DNA of 64,000 nt from NCBI GenBank assembly GCA_047615875.1, contig JBLHGU010000005.1, positions 3,432 through 67,431 of the forward strand, read 5' to 3'. Positions within the stretch are counted from its first letter, which is position 1, and every line of letters starts with the position of its first letter. The position numbers and the translations under genes are program-made. Under the pieces are notes generated by a model. That model was given only the letters and a program-made list of their open reading frames with translations, searched no databases and had not been told where the DNA came from. This stretch comes from Parasphingorhabdus sp. Its GTDB lineage: Bacteria > Pseudomonadota > Gammaproteobacteria > Arenicellales > CAJQKF01. Below are positions 17,787 to 27,306 of this stretch, piece by piece.

Positions 17787-19286
17787 CTAGCGGCGATCTT
17801 TTGACAAGAACCAGAACAACGAAATTACTGACAGAGCCATTAAGACAAGAGCAATCGGATAGTCAACAATCCGTGTCAAATCTGCATTCATCAATGCCAA
17901 ACTTTGCGACAGGGAAATCTCGAAGCGTGGACCTAAAAAGAAGGCGATGATAAATATCACAACGGAGTATCCGAAGCTCGTCATCAAATAACCAATGGCC
18001 GCAAATATCAGCATGACGGCCACACCAAAGATGCCACCAGTCGCCATAGATACACCAACAATGCATAACAACAAGGCACTGGCAAAAATAACTGACTCCG
18101 GAGCAGATACCACTTTCACCCAGAATCGCAAGCCTATTTGGCCGACCCAAAGATTGAGAAAGTTTGCCATAAGCATGGCTCCGAACAGTCCGTATATCAG
18201 GCGGCCCTGATCCTGGAACAATAACGGCCCGGGTTGAATTCCGTGGATCATGAAAGCGCTAATAATCAGCGCTGCGCCCACACTACCGGGTATGCCTAAG
18301 GTTAATAAAGGAATCAGATTAGCCCCAACCACCGCAGAGTTAGCCGATTCTGCTGCGGCGATACCCTGCAGGTTTCCCTTACCAAAACTCTCAGGATTTT
18401 TCGATGCGGCCTTGGCCATCGCGTAGGACATAAACGCCGCAGCAGTAGATCCTATACCCGGTAAAGCACCCAGAATAGTGCCAATACCTGCGCCTCTTAA
18501 CAGAGTAAAACGACAGGCCCAATATTCTGACCAGGTTACTCGTTGATCGTCGGGATTACCTGTGTCTTTAATTTCTACCGCTGATTTTACACTGCCATGA
18601 ATATGCGAGAGTCGACGCAGAATTTCAGAAATCGCCAACATACCAATAGCCACCGATGCCAGGGGTAAACCATCGTAGAGCTCATAATAACCAAAGATCA
18701 GACGGGGATTATAATTTTCAGGATCGGCACCAATGCTGGCACATAGCAAACCAAACGCAGCTGCCATGATGCCCTTTACCAGGGAATCACCAACCAATCC
18801 AGATAAGACCGAGAAGGCAAAAATCATCAATGCAAAAACTTCAACCGGTCCCATGCGCAAGGCCAGGATGGCCAGAGGTGCTGATACACTAATCAGTACA
18901 ATGTCGCTAAAGGTATCACCGGTGACCGATGAAAATAGTGCCATCTTAGTTGCCTTCAATGGCTTGCCCTGACGTGCCAGCGGATAACCATCCAAAGCAG
19001 TGGCCGCGGCGTCCGGTGTGCCCGGTGTATTCATAAGAACAGCCGGTACTGCCCCTCCTACCAATCCACCTTTGTTAACGCCAACCAGAAATGCAATGGC
19101 TGGCAACGTATCAAGACCAAAGGTAAAGGGTATAGCAATGGCCATCGCCATGATGGGACCAATACCAGGCACAGCGCCAACAAACTGGCCAACTACCACA
19201 CCGAATAGCACAAAGGCCAGATTCCACAGAGTGAAGGCGTCTGAAAATCCTGCCAGAATGGTCGCAAGATCAACCAACGTATTCAC
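17787..19286 (-). CDS. tctA: Tripartite tricarboxylate transporter large permease
   Basis: 499 aa polytopic protein with typical TctA length and Gly-rich helices. It abuts tctB (19286/19287). Confidence 0.9.
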   Translation of the reverse strand: MNTLVDLATILAGFSDAFTLWNLAFVLFGVVVGQFVGAVPGIGPIMAMAIAIPFTFGLDTLPAIAFLVGVNKGGLVGGAVPAVLMNTPGTPDAAATALDGYPLARQGKPLKATKMALFSSVTGDTFSDIVLISVSAPLAILALRMGPVEVFALMIFAFSVLSGLVGDSLVKGIMAAAFGLLCASIGADPENYNPRLIFGYYELYDGLPLASVAIGMLAISEILRRLSHIHGSVKSAVEIKDTGNPDDQRVTWSEYWACRFTLLRGAGIGTILGALPGIGSTAAAFMSYAMAKAASKNPESFGKGNLQGIAAAESANSAVVGANLIPLLTLGIPGSVGAALIISAFMIHGIQPGPLLFQDQGRLIYGLFGAMLMANFLNLWVGQIGLRFWVKVVSAPESVIFASALLLCIVGVSMATGGIFGVAVMLIFAAIGYLMTSFGYSVVIFIIAFFLGPRFEISLSQSLALMNADLTRIVDYPIALVLMALSVISLFWFLSKDRR

Positions 19287-19712
19287 TCATGGTAAAGCCC
19301 GCTCTAGTGCTCGTTCAACTAGAAACCAAATCACCAGCGGCATCCCAGCAACCCCAGCCAATAACCATAAAGGTCGTCTTTCGCCAATAACCAGCATGAG
19401 AATCAGGGCAATTACCGGGGCGGTATAAATAAACCCCAGTAAAGACATTACGTAGAGCCCCAGAGCCAGGATCATCAAAAAGAATCCAGCACGAAAAAAC
19501 ACCTTAGAATTTTCGGCCTGAAAGTTGGTGGGTTTTATTAGTAACAACAAACCACCTATGCTGATAACTACAGCAACGGCATAGGGAATGGTATCTGGCG
19601 ATACCCAACTATCTTCAGATGAATCTACATAAACCGGTATGATCCAGATCGCCAACAGCAACCCGAAGACCAGGAAAAATAGCCCACTGATACGATCGGC
19701 ATTGATAAACAT
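19287..19712 (-). CDS. tctB: Tripartite tricarboxylate transporter small subunit
   Basis: 141 aa, four TM helices, located between tctC and tctA. Confidence 0.75.
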   Translation of the reverse strand: MFINADRISGLFFLVFGLLLAIWIIPVYVDSSEDSWVSPDTIPYAVAVVISIGGLLLLIKPTNFQAENSKVFFRAGFFLMILALGLYVMSLLGFIYTAPVIALILMLVIGERRPLWLLAGVAGMPLVIWFLVERALERALP

Positions 19713-19769
19713 AGATAACCACTCACTAAAAACCTTCGTTGAGTAACTTACTCAACGGAGGATTAGTCA

Positions 19770-20717
19770 TTAGTTTCCGAAAAGAACCTTCACGTTTTCA
19801 ATACCGTCTACCAACATCTTCTTGGTCCCTTCTGGCCCAAGATTCAGAACCTCGGTAGTGGCAGCATTACGGACAATTTCAGCTACCTGGTCTGATGCGA
19901 TAGCGTTACCTAGCGCATCAGTTAAAGCAGCTAACGCAGCAGCGTCAGTGCCTGCGGTAGTGGCAAAGTAGAAATAGGGATCTAGAAAAACGTCATAACC
20001 GGCTTCGCGAACAGTAGGCGTGTCTGGTGCGTAGCTATGACGAGTATCGTTGGCACTGGCAATCATTTTAAAATCACCGGACTCCAGATATTTGATATGA
20101 GTCCCGGCAGAGAAGCCGGCCATAACCTGACCACCTAATAGAAGCTTCTGGGTCTCTGCTTCACCCTTGGTTGAAACAAATCTGAATTTTGCACCAGCTG
20201 TTTTATCCACAACACTCAAGAGCAGCTTTTGCGGGGGCGCACCAAAACCGATAGCCATTCCGTCATTCGCTTTGGCATGTTCGATCATACCCTGTAGATC
20301 ATCAAATGGCGCATCGGCACGTGCAATCAATGCTAATTGAGCCTTGGCCACGGTGCCCAGATAGTCAAAACTATCCAGGTCAAAACCAAGCTCCGCACCG
20401 CGCTTAACAATATTAATCATCACCGGCATATTTACACCCATACCGATTACCATGCCTTTCGCAGGCATTTTTGCGATGCCTGTAAACATAGCAACACCAC
20501 CACCACCGGTTTTATTTTCAGCGATAATATTCCAGCCGGTTTGCTCTTTCATTACCTTGGCAATTACCCGACCCATAACATCCGTCGAGCCACCGGCACC
20601 AAAACCTATCTGTAGTTTCAAGGGGCCCTGGGGTTTCCAGTCCGCAGCATGACCAGCGCTCGCGGCAATAATCATTGCGCCGGAAACTGCGGCCAGCATA
20701 ATTTGCTTAATAGTCAT
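19770..20717 (-). CDS. tctC: Tripartite tricarboxylate transporter substrate-binding protein (TctC/Bug family)
   Basis: Signal peptide MTIKQIMLAAVSGAMIIAASAGHA and the Bug-family GFGAGGSTD motif. I prefer the start at 20717 (ggaga RBS 8 nt upstream) over the ORF-track start at 20765. Confidence 0.85.
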   Translation of the reverse strand: MTIKQIMLAAVSGAMIIAASAGHAADWKPQGPLKLQIGFGAGGSTDVMGRVIAKVMKEQTGWNIIAENKTGGGGVAMFTGIAKMPAKGMVIGMGVNMPVMINIVKRGAELGFDLDSFDYLGTVAKAQLALIARADAPFDDLQGMIEHAKANDGMAIGFGAPPQKLLLSVVDKTAGAKFRFVSTKGEAETQKLLLGGQVMAGFSAGTHIKYLESGDFKMIASANDTRHSYAPDTPTVREAGYDVFLDPYFYFATTAGTDAAALAALTDALGNAIASDQVAEIVRNAATTEVLNLGPEGTKKMLVDGIENVKVLFGN

Positions 20718-20781
20718 CAAACTTTCTCCAAAAAAAGAATTTATAAATTGAATTTCTTGCTGCACAACTTAGTGCAACAAT

Positions 20782-21279
20782 TCAGGCAACGGCCTTATTA
20801 CCCTTAGATGTCATCCCTCTTGCTTGCAAAGACGCCTGGGCAATTCGCTCGGACATAGCCAGGTACTGTTTTATTTCTGTCAGCGTAAATTCATCATCAA
20901 TTGTGCTACAGAATTGCTCAATAATTGGCGAATAAATCTTAATTTGTTGCCTGCCTTTTCGCGTCAGGCTAAACAGTCTGTTACGACGATCTTCGACTCC
21001 TCGCTCAGTTTTAATGAACTTGCGCTCTTCCAGGCTACGCAAAGAGCGACTTACCTGGGCCTGCTGCATTTTAGTAAAGGCTACTATTTCCTTCTGGGTA
21101 GTGAGGCCCGCATCAAAAAGCTTGAGACAAATACGCCATTCAATCAGAGATAGTTCACCGAATTCGTTAAACACCTTCTCTAATTCCCCGCGAACTAATT
21201 GTGATAACCGCTGCGTTGCAATCGCAACTGAGCTGGCAATACGAGGCATGGTTTGAAGATCGAGGTAGTCGTTTGACAC
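20782..21279 (-). CDS. MarR-family transcriptional regulator
   Basis: 165 aa with a winged-HTH core (LIEWRICLKLF...TQKEIVAFTKMQQAQVSRSLRSLEERKFI...DRRNRLFSLT). Divergent from the aminotransferase operon. Confidence 0.85.
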   Translation of the reverse strand: MSNDYLDLQTMPRIASSVAIATQRLSQLVRGELEKVFNEFGELSLIEWRICLKLFDAGLTTQKEIVAFTKMQQAQVSRSLRSLEERKFIKTERGVEDRRNRLFSLTRKGRQQIKIYSPIIEQFCSTIDDEFTLTEIKQYLAMSERIAQASLQARGMTSKGNKAVA

Positions 21280-21318
21280 TGTTTAAAAATTATCCAGGTA
21301 GACAATGTTATTTTGAAG

Positions 21319-21338
21319 TTATATGCTGAGTCATATAA
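21319..21338. promoter_or_regulatory. Candidate MarR operator overlapping a candidate promoter
   Basis: Perfect 7-bp inverted repeat ttatatg-N6-catataa in the 82-bp divergent intergenic region. It overlaps a tataat hexamer (21334-21339) and follows ttgaag (21313-21318). Confidence 0.35.
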
Positions 21339-21361
21339 TGTCAACACATATAAAATAGCAC

Positions 21362-22552
21362 ATGCTCGAAACCCTTGCCGAAAGCCAGCCCGAAGCACTC
21401 CTGCAGATTTCGATAGATTTTGCCGCTGACACACGCACTGAAAAAATTGACCTTGGCGTGGGCGTCTACCGCAACCAGCAAGGCCAAACTCACATACTGA
21501 ACACAGTAAAAGATGCCGAGGCCAGACTGGTCGAACAGCAGCAGACCAAATCCTATGTTGGATTGCTAGGTGATACACAATTCAATAAAGCGATATCTGA
21601 TTTGATACTTGGGCCGCAACTGGTTATGGACCGTCTTGCCGTTTTGCAAACCCCTGGTGGTAGTGCAGCCTTACGCTTGCTGTTCGAACTGGTTAAAAAT
21701 GCTAATCCTAAAGCCAACCTTTGGTTACCAGACCCAAGCTGGGCAAATCATCTACCAACCGTGCAAACCGTAGGTCTAAACTGCGATATTTATCCTTACT
21801 ACGACGCGAACACAAGCAGTCTAAATTTTTCCGCCATGACCGAGGCCCTGCAGAAACTTTCCGGTAATGACGTAGTGCTCCTGCATAGTTGTTGCCACAA
21901 TCCCACCGGTGCAGACCTTAGCGCTGACCAATGGGATATTGTCGCAGACCTGGCACAGAAAAATGGCTTCATTCCCCTGGTGGATATGGCCTATCACGGT
22001 TTTGCGAACGGTCTAAACGCTGATGCCTATGGTGTCAGGCAACTGGCCAGCAAGTGCCCGGAACTATTACTGGCTTATTCCTGTTCGAAGAACTTTGCCA
22101 TTTATCGCGAACGAACCGGTATTGCGTTGGTGCAATCAAAAACTCATGAAAATGCTGCACGGGCACTAGGACAAATGAAAGCCGTGGTACGTGCCAACTA
22201 TTCGATGCCGCCCGACCATGGTGCCGCAGTTGTACGAATAATATTGCAGGATAAGAGCTTAAGAGAAAGCTGGGCATTGGAACTAGAATCTATACAACAA
22301 AGAATTCAAGGTCTACGCAAATGTTTAGCGAATGAGTTTCGACGCCAAACGGGATCAAATCACTATGCACGCATTACTCAACAGAACGGCATTTTTTCAA
22401 TGTTGAATCTAAGTCCGGATCAAGTTCAGGTTTTACGTGACCACTTCGCTATTTATATGCCGAGGGATGGCAGAATCAACATCGCAGGGCTTAATGAAAG
22501 CAACGTGGCTTACTTTGTCACAGCTATTACAAGCTTCAATCAAGAATTTTAA
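21362..22552 (+). CDS. Class I (AspC/TyrB-type) aromatic/aspartate aminotransferase
   Basis: 396 aa. It has the PLP-lysine signature SCSKNFAIYRERTG and an N-terminal IDLGVGVY motif. Confidence 0.85.
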   Translation: MLETLAESQPEALLQISIDFAADTRTEKIDLGVGVYRNQQGQTHILNTVKDAEARLVEQQQTKSYVGLLGDTQFNKAISDLILGPQLVMDRLAVLQTPGGSAALRLLFELVKNANPKANLWLPDPSWANHLPTVQTVGLNCDIYPYYDANTSSLNFSAMTEALQKLSGNDVVLLHSCCHNPTGADLSADQWDIVADLAQKNGFIPLVDMAYHGFANGLNADAYGVRQLASKCPELLLAYSCSKNFAIYRERTGIALVQSKTHENAARALGQMKAVVRANYSMPPDHGAAVVRIILQDKSLRESWALELESIQQRIQGLRKCLANEFRRQTGSNHYARITQQNGIFSMLNLSPDQVQVLRDHFAIYMPRDGRINIAGLNESNVAYFVTAITSFNQEF

Positions 22553-22579
22553 ACTCCGGCAATATCTGGTCCATTTCCC

Positions 22580-24208
22580 ATGACAAAAACCGTCGCAAGC
22601 CTGGTTACTGAAACACTGATTGAAGCAGGCTTTAATCAACTCTATTGTTTGCCAGGTGTTCAAAATGATGACTTCTTCGATGCCCTGTATGACAGGCAAA
22701 CAGAACTTGCACCGATTCACACCCGACACGAGCAGGGTGCAGCCTACATGGCCCTCGGCGCTTATCTTGCAACCGGTAAGCCACAAGTCTTCAGCGTAGT
22801 TCCGGGCCCGGGCTTTCTAAACTCCTGTGCGGCATTATCAACCGCCTATTCGCTCAACGCGCCACTGCTTGCTTTAATAGGTCAGATTCCATCAGGAGCC
22901 ATTGGTAAAGGTTTTGGTCTGTTACATGAAATTCCGGACCAGATGGGCATATTAAAAGGCCTGACAAAATTTGCCTCGCGTATAACTTCCGGCGATGATG
23001 CTGCCAGTGTACTATCTAATGCTCTGTCACAACTGCAAGGCGGACGTCCCAGGCCGATAGGGATTGAAGTGCCAGTAAACATTTGGAAAGCAACAGTGCC
23101 TTCCCTTGGCAATCAGGTAAATGTTACACCCACAATAGGGGCATCAGTTGCGCAAGACAAAATCGAGCAAGCAGCAGACCTGCTAAGGCAATCTAAACGA
23201 CCGCTAATCGTTGTTGGTAGCGGCGCACAGGCTAACAGTGAACTGGTTACTCGACTTGCTGAACGACTAAATGCCCCGGTAATCGCTTTTCGAACCGGAC
23301 ACGGGGTAATTTCTGGTAGCCACCCTTTATGCGTTGGAACTCCAGTTGGCCATGAACTATGGCGCACTACGGATACGGTAATTGGACTGGGTACCCGCCT
23401 GCAGACACAACAAATGCAATGGGGCGTTGATAAAGATCTACAAATAATACATATCGATATTGATGCCGCAGAAATTGGCCGGATTAACGCGCCAGCGATT
23501 GGCATTAATGCTGATATCCGCCATGCCCTACCTTGCCTGTTGGATGCGTTAAGCACCAATAAAACTGATAGAACTGATTGGTTAGAACACGTTGCAACCA
23601 CAAAGGTCAGATTTCAGGCTTTATATGAAGAGAAACTGGCGCCACAACTGTCCTGGCTAAAAGCCATTCGCAATGAACTTTCAGACGACGGCATCCTGGT
23701 CGACGAACTTACTCAGGTAGGTTATGTCTCGCGCTTCGCCTATCCGGTGCATCACCCACGCACATTTTTATCCACTGGTTATCAGGGCACTTTGGGTTGG
23801 GGTATCGCGACGGCTCTTGGTGCAGCCCATGCCAGGCGCGATGTACCCGTGGTATCTATTGCCGGTGACGGTGGTGCCTTGTTTAATATTGCCGAGCTAG
23901 CCACTGCTGCTCACCATCAGATTCCTCTGGTTTCTATTATTTTCAACGATAATGCATTCGGAAATGTTCGACGATTTCAGATTGAAAATTATAATAACCG
24001 TCCCATCGCTTCTAACTTATCCAGCCCCGACTTTGTTCGCCTGGCAGAAAGTTTTGGTGTGAGAGGGTTGCAAGCGAACAGTCCAACTGAACTTCAAAAG
24101 CAGTTGACCCATGCTTTCAAAAGTGATGGCCCAACAGTAATTGAGGTGCCTGTCGGCGAATTCCCATCACCGTGGGAATTTATCTTAATGCCGAAGGTAC
24201 GAGGCTAA
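22580..24208 (+). CDS. Thiamine-diphosphate-dependent enzyme (acetolactate synthase large subunit / 2-oxoacid decarboxylase family)
   Basis: 542 aa. ThDP-binding motif GDGGALFN...(N)...NDNAFGN and an N-terminal pyrimidine-binding domain with HEQGA. Confidence 0.8.
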   Translation: MTKTVASLVTETLIEAGFNQLYCLPGVQNDDFFDALYDRQTELAPIHTRHEQGAAYMALGAYLATGKPQVFSVVPGPGFLNSCAALSTAYSLNAPLLALIGQIPSGAIGKGFGLLHEIPDQMGILKGLTKFASRITSGDDAASVLSNALSQLQGGRPRPIGIEVPVNIWKATVPSLGNQVNVTPTIGASVAQDKIEQAADLLRQSKRPLIVVGSGAQANSELVTRLAERLNAPVIAFRTGHGVISGSHPLCVGTPVGHELWRTTDTVIGLGTRLQTQQMQWGVDKDLQIIHIDIDAAEIGRINAPAIGINADIRHALPCLLDALSTNKTDRTDWLEHVATTKVRFQALYEEKLAPQLSWLKAIRNELSDDGILVDELTQVGYVSRFAYPVHHPRTFLSTGYQGTLGWGIATALGAAHARRDVPVVSIAGDGGALFNIAELATAAHHQIPLVSIIFNDNAFGNVRRFQIENYNNRPIASNLSSPDFVRLAESFGVRGLQANSPTELQKQLTHAFKSDGPTVIEVPVGEFPSPWEFILMPKVRG

Positions 24209-24209
24209 A

Positions 24210-25775
24210 ATGTCCAAACAACCCAACTTCGTATTTTTCATCACTGATCAACAAAGGGCCGACTGGCTTGGCTGTTATGGCCATCCAGTAGTAAAAACAC
24301 CCAATATTGATGCCATAGCCGCCAGCGGTACCCGCTTCACTAACTTTCATACAGCGTCGCCAGTATGTATGCCAAACCGCGCTTCACTTATGACAGGCAG
24401 GTACCCCAGCGTTCATGGGCTTCGTTACAACGGCGGTTCATTGTCCAGTGATGCCAACACCTTCGTTGATGTACTTGCTGCGGGCGGCTACAACACCGCC
24501 ATGATAGGTAAAAGTCATTTACGGCCATTCCTGGATTTCCCGGCAGTACGACCTGAAGATACGACGTTTCGACATTATAGCGAGGCCTGGAAGTCGGAAG
24601 AAAACAGAGTCGGTCCCGAGCACCCCGACAACTACGAAGCAGATGTTAGGTACGAAGTACCCACACCATTTTACGGCTTCAAGCATGTCGATATGGTCAC
24701 CGGGCATGGTGACCAATGCGGCGGTCATTACCAACAATGGTTTCGACAACAAGCTGCTGATTACCGTGAGCTACTAAATCGGGACAATCAGCTTTCACAT
24801 AACTATTCCTGTCCCCAGGCTTATCGAACACCAATACCTGAGGAGCTATATTCAACCGCTTATATAGGCAAACAGGCGCGAGAGTATATTCAGCAACAAG
24901 AGTCCAGCAAACAGCCATTTTTCCTGTTTATTTCTTTTCCAGACCCTCATCATCCATTCAACCCACCAGGTCGTTACTGGGACATGTATAGACCTGAGCA
25001 GTTCGAATGCTCACTACCGTTCGAATCACATAAAAATCCTACGCCACCCATGACGTACATGCATGATCAATGGCAAAAAAGCACATCGGCACAAGCTTTG
25101 GCCACCACGGGCATGATGACAGATCAGGATAATATTACTCAGGTGATGGCTTTAACGGCGGGCATGATCGGTATGATCGACGACACCGTAGGCTCAGTAG
25201 TTGATGAACTAAAAGCAAATGACCTTTATGACAATAGTGTATTGAGCTTCACCACCGACCACGGTGATTATCTGGGCGATTTTAATATGCTTTTAAAAGG
25301 CTCTTTGCCATTTCGATCCATAACCCGGGTACCGATGATCTGGTCCGATCCTGAATCTCGTCAGGCATCGACCAGTGCAGCACTGGGTTCAACTGTTGAT
25401 ATTTCGGCAACTATTCTCGAGCGCGCCGGACTGGCGGCTTATCGTGGTCTGCAAGGCAGGAGTTTTATGGCTTGCATGAACAATTCTGCAAGCCTCAACG
25501 AAAACCTGCTTGTTGAATACAACGATGGTGTGGCTCGGCTTGGATTCGAACAGCCCGCTAGAGTTCGAAGCCTGATTACTGACAGCTATCGTTTAACGAT
25601 ATACAAGAATCAACCCTGGGGAGAGTTGTATGATTTGGTAAACGACCCTAACGAAACTTACAATAGGTGGTTGGACGACAGTTACTCTGCAACTAAAACA
25701 GATCTATTGTTGAAATTAAATCAGCGGCTGTTTGATTTAATGGATGAGAGTCCACAATCACTTTATCTCGCTTAA
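24210..25775 (+). CDS. Sulfatase (Cys-type, formylglycine-dependent)
   Basis: Sulfatase signature CMPNRASLMTG (C-x-P-x-R). N-terminal FFITDQQR, later TTDHGD. No signal peptide is obvious. Confidence 0.85.
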   Translation: MSKQPNFVFFITDQQRADWLGCYGHPVVKTPNIDAIAASGTRFTNFHTASPVCMPNRASLMTGRYPSVHGLRYNGGSLSSDANTFVDVLAAGGYNTAMIGKSHLRPFLDFPAVRPEDTTFRHYSEAWKSEENRVGPEHPDNYEADVRYEVPTPFYGFKHVDMVTGHGDQCGGHYQQWFRQQAADYRELLNRDNQLSHNYSCPQAYRTPIPEELYSTAYIGKQAREYIQQQESSKQPFFLFISFPDPHHPFNPPGRYWDMYRPEQFECSLPFESHKNPTPPMTYMHDQWQKSTSAQALATTGMMTDQDNITQVMALTAGMIGMIDDTVGSVVDELKANDLYDNSVLSFTTDHGDYLGDFNMLLKGSLPFRSITRVPMIWSDPESRQASTSAALGSTVDISATILERAGLAAYRGLQGRSFMACMNNSASLNENLLVEYNDGVARLGFEQPARVRSLITDSYRLTIYKNQPWGELYDLVNDPNETYNRWLDDSYSATKTDLLLKLNQRLFDLMDESPQSLYLA

Positions 25776-25795
25776 ATACCCCGTTATAACTGTAA

Positions 25796-27208
25796 ATGCA
25801 TATAGTAAATAAACTTAGAAGCATTATTGGCGAAAAATATGTATTAACAGGTACAGATACTAATGCATGGTCAACTGACTGGACGGGAAAATATAGCTGC
25901 CAGCCAATGGCCGTGGTCAGGCCAGCTGATAGTCAGGAGATTTCAAAGATAATTAAACTGGCTAATGAGGCATCTACGCCAGTTGTACCCATAGCCGGCG
26001 GTACCGGCTTAACTGGTGGCACCTATGCCCAGGATGCTATTCTCGTTTCTGTTGATCGACTGAACAAAATAATGTCCATTAATGTGGAAGGCAGAACGGC
26101 TGTTGTAGAGAGCGGTGTAATACTCGCCAGCTTGCATAAGGCTGCTGATGACTACGGCCTGATTTTTCCATTAACTTTTGGCGCTAAGGGATCCGCCCGA
26201 ATAGGTGGTTGTCTTGCAAACAATGCCGGTGGTTCTAATGTATTGCGCTATGGCAATACAAGGGACTTGTGTCTCGGTATTGAAGTAGTACTTGGTAATG
26301 GTGACATAATGAACCTGATGACCGAACTACATAAAGACAATACTGGTTACAACTTGCGCAATCTTCTAATTGGTTCTGAAGGCACCCTGGGAATCATTAC
26401 TGCAGCTGTATTAAAGCTGGCACCTAAACCCCGTGCTTATGCTACCGCTATCTTCGCTGCATCTTCTTTGCCATCAGCGTTGCGACTGCTTAATCATCTC
26501 AAAGAAGCAACCAACGACGCAGTAGAAGCATTTGAGTTTATGCCTGGAAACTATGTAGAAGCCTATTTAAGTAAACATAGTGACGCCAAAGCTCCCTTTG
26601 AGCAAACCTATGATATAAATGTACTTGTAGAAATCGGTGCAACAGCACCAAGAGATGCACTTGTTGATGCGGATGGAAATCTGCCAGTAGTCAATTATCT
26701 ACAAACCTTACTAGCAGAAGGACTGGAAGACGAGAGCATTCTTAATGCAGTAATTGCTTCCAGCGAAAGTCAGCGACTACAATTGTGGGCCATGCGCGAG
26801 GCCGCTGCAGAATTGGCCCATGATCACCCGGGCATGATTGGTAACGATATAACATTACCCCTCGCTAACGTTGAATCATTCCTGCAACAGATGGATCTGA
26901 GACTCAAAAACATTGATCATAGCGCAAAGACTATGATTGTCGCTCACCTCGGTGATGGCAATATTCACTATGCCGTACATCCAAGTTCTACTGATAAGCA
27001 ACTTCGAGAAACAATAATTGAGTCAGTAGAAAAATTAGCGATATCCATGGGTGGGAGCTTCTCTGCCGAGCACGGTATTGGTCTGAGTAAGCTAGGCTCT
27101 ATGAAAGCTCATAAGGACCCAATAGCGCTTCAGGTAATGCGCAACATAAAGCACGCACTCGACCCAAATAATATACTAAACCCCGGCAAAGTCATTCCTG
27201 AAAGTTAG
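25796..27208 (+). CDS. FAD-linked oxidase (GlcD / D-lactate or D-2-hydroxyacid dehydrogenase family)
   Basis: 470 aa. FAD_binding_4-type PIAGGTGLTGG and C-terminal GSFSAEHGIGLSK...LDPNNILNPGK. Confidence 0.8.
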   Translation: MHIVNKLRSIIGEKYVLTGTDTNAWSTDWTGKYSCQPMAVVRPADSQEISKIIKLANEASTPVVPIAGGTGLTGGTYAQDAILVSVDRLNKIMSINVEGRTAVVESGVILASLHKAADDYGLIFPLTFGAKGSARIGGCLANNAGGSNVLRYGNTRDLCLGIEVVLGNGDIMNLMTELHKDNTGYNLRNLLIGSEGTLGIITAAVLKLAPKPRAYATAIFAASSLPSALRLLNHLKEATNDAVEAFEFMPGNYVEAYLSKHSDAKAPFEQTYDINVLVEIGATAPRDALVDADGNLPVVNYLQTLLAEGLEDESILNAVIASSESQRLQLWAMREAAAELAHDHPGMIGNDITLPLANVESFLQQMDLRLKNIDHSAKTMIVAHLGDGNIHYAVHPSSTDKQLRETIIESVEKLAISMGGSFSAEHGIGLSKLGSMKAHKDPIALQVMRNIKHALDPNNILNPGKVIPES

Positions 27209-27306
27209 TAGCGAATAAGTGTTGAATCGAGTTATGATTTTGCAACCTGCGATTTTGCGGTAACATAAGCCTTACTATTAAAACAGCGATAAATAAGAGG
27301 AACAAA

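Noticed and set aside
21195-21578. 127-aa minus-strand ORF spanning the MarR/aminotransferase intergenic region.
   Set aside because: It overlaps the 5' ends of two well-supported genes, is Cys/Arg-rich with no recognisable domain, and is most simply a shadow ORF.
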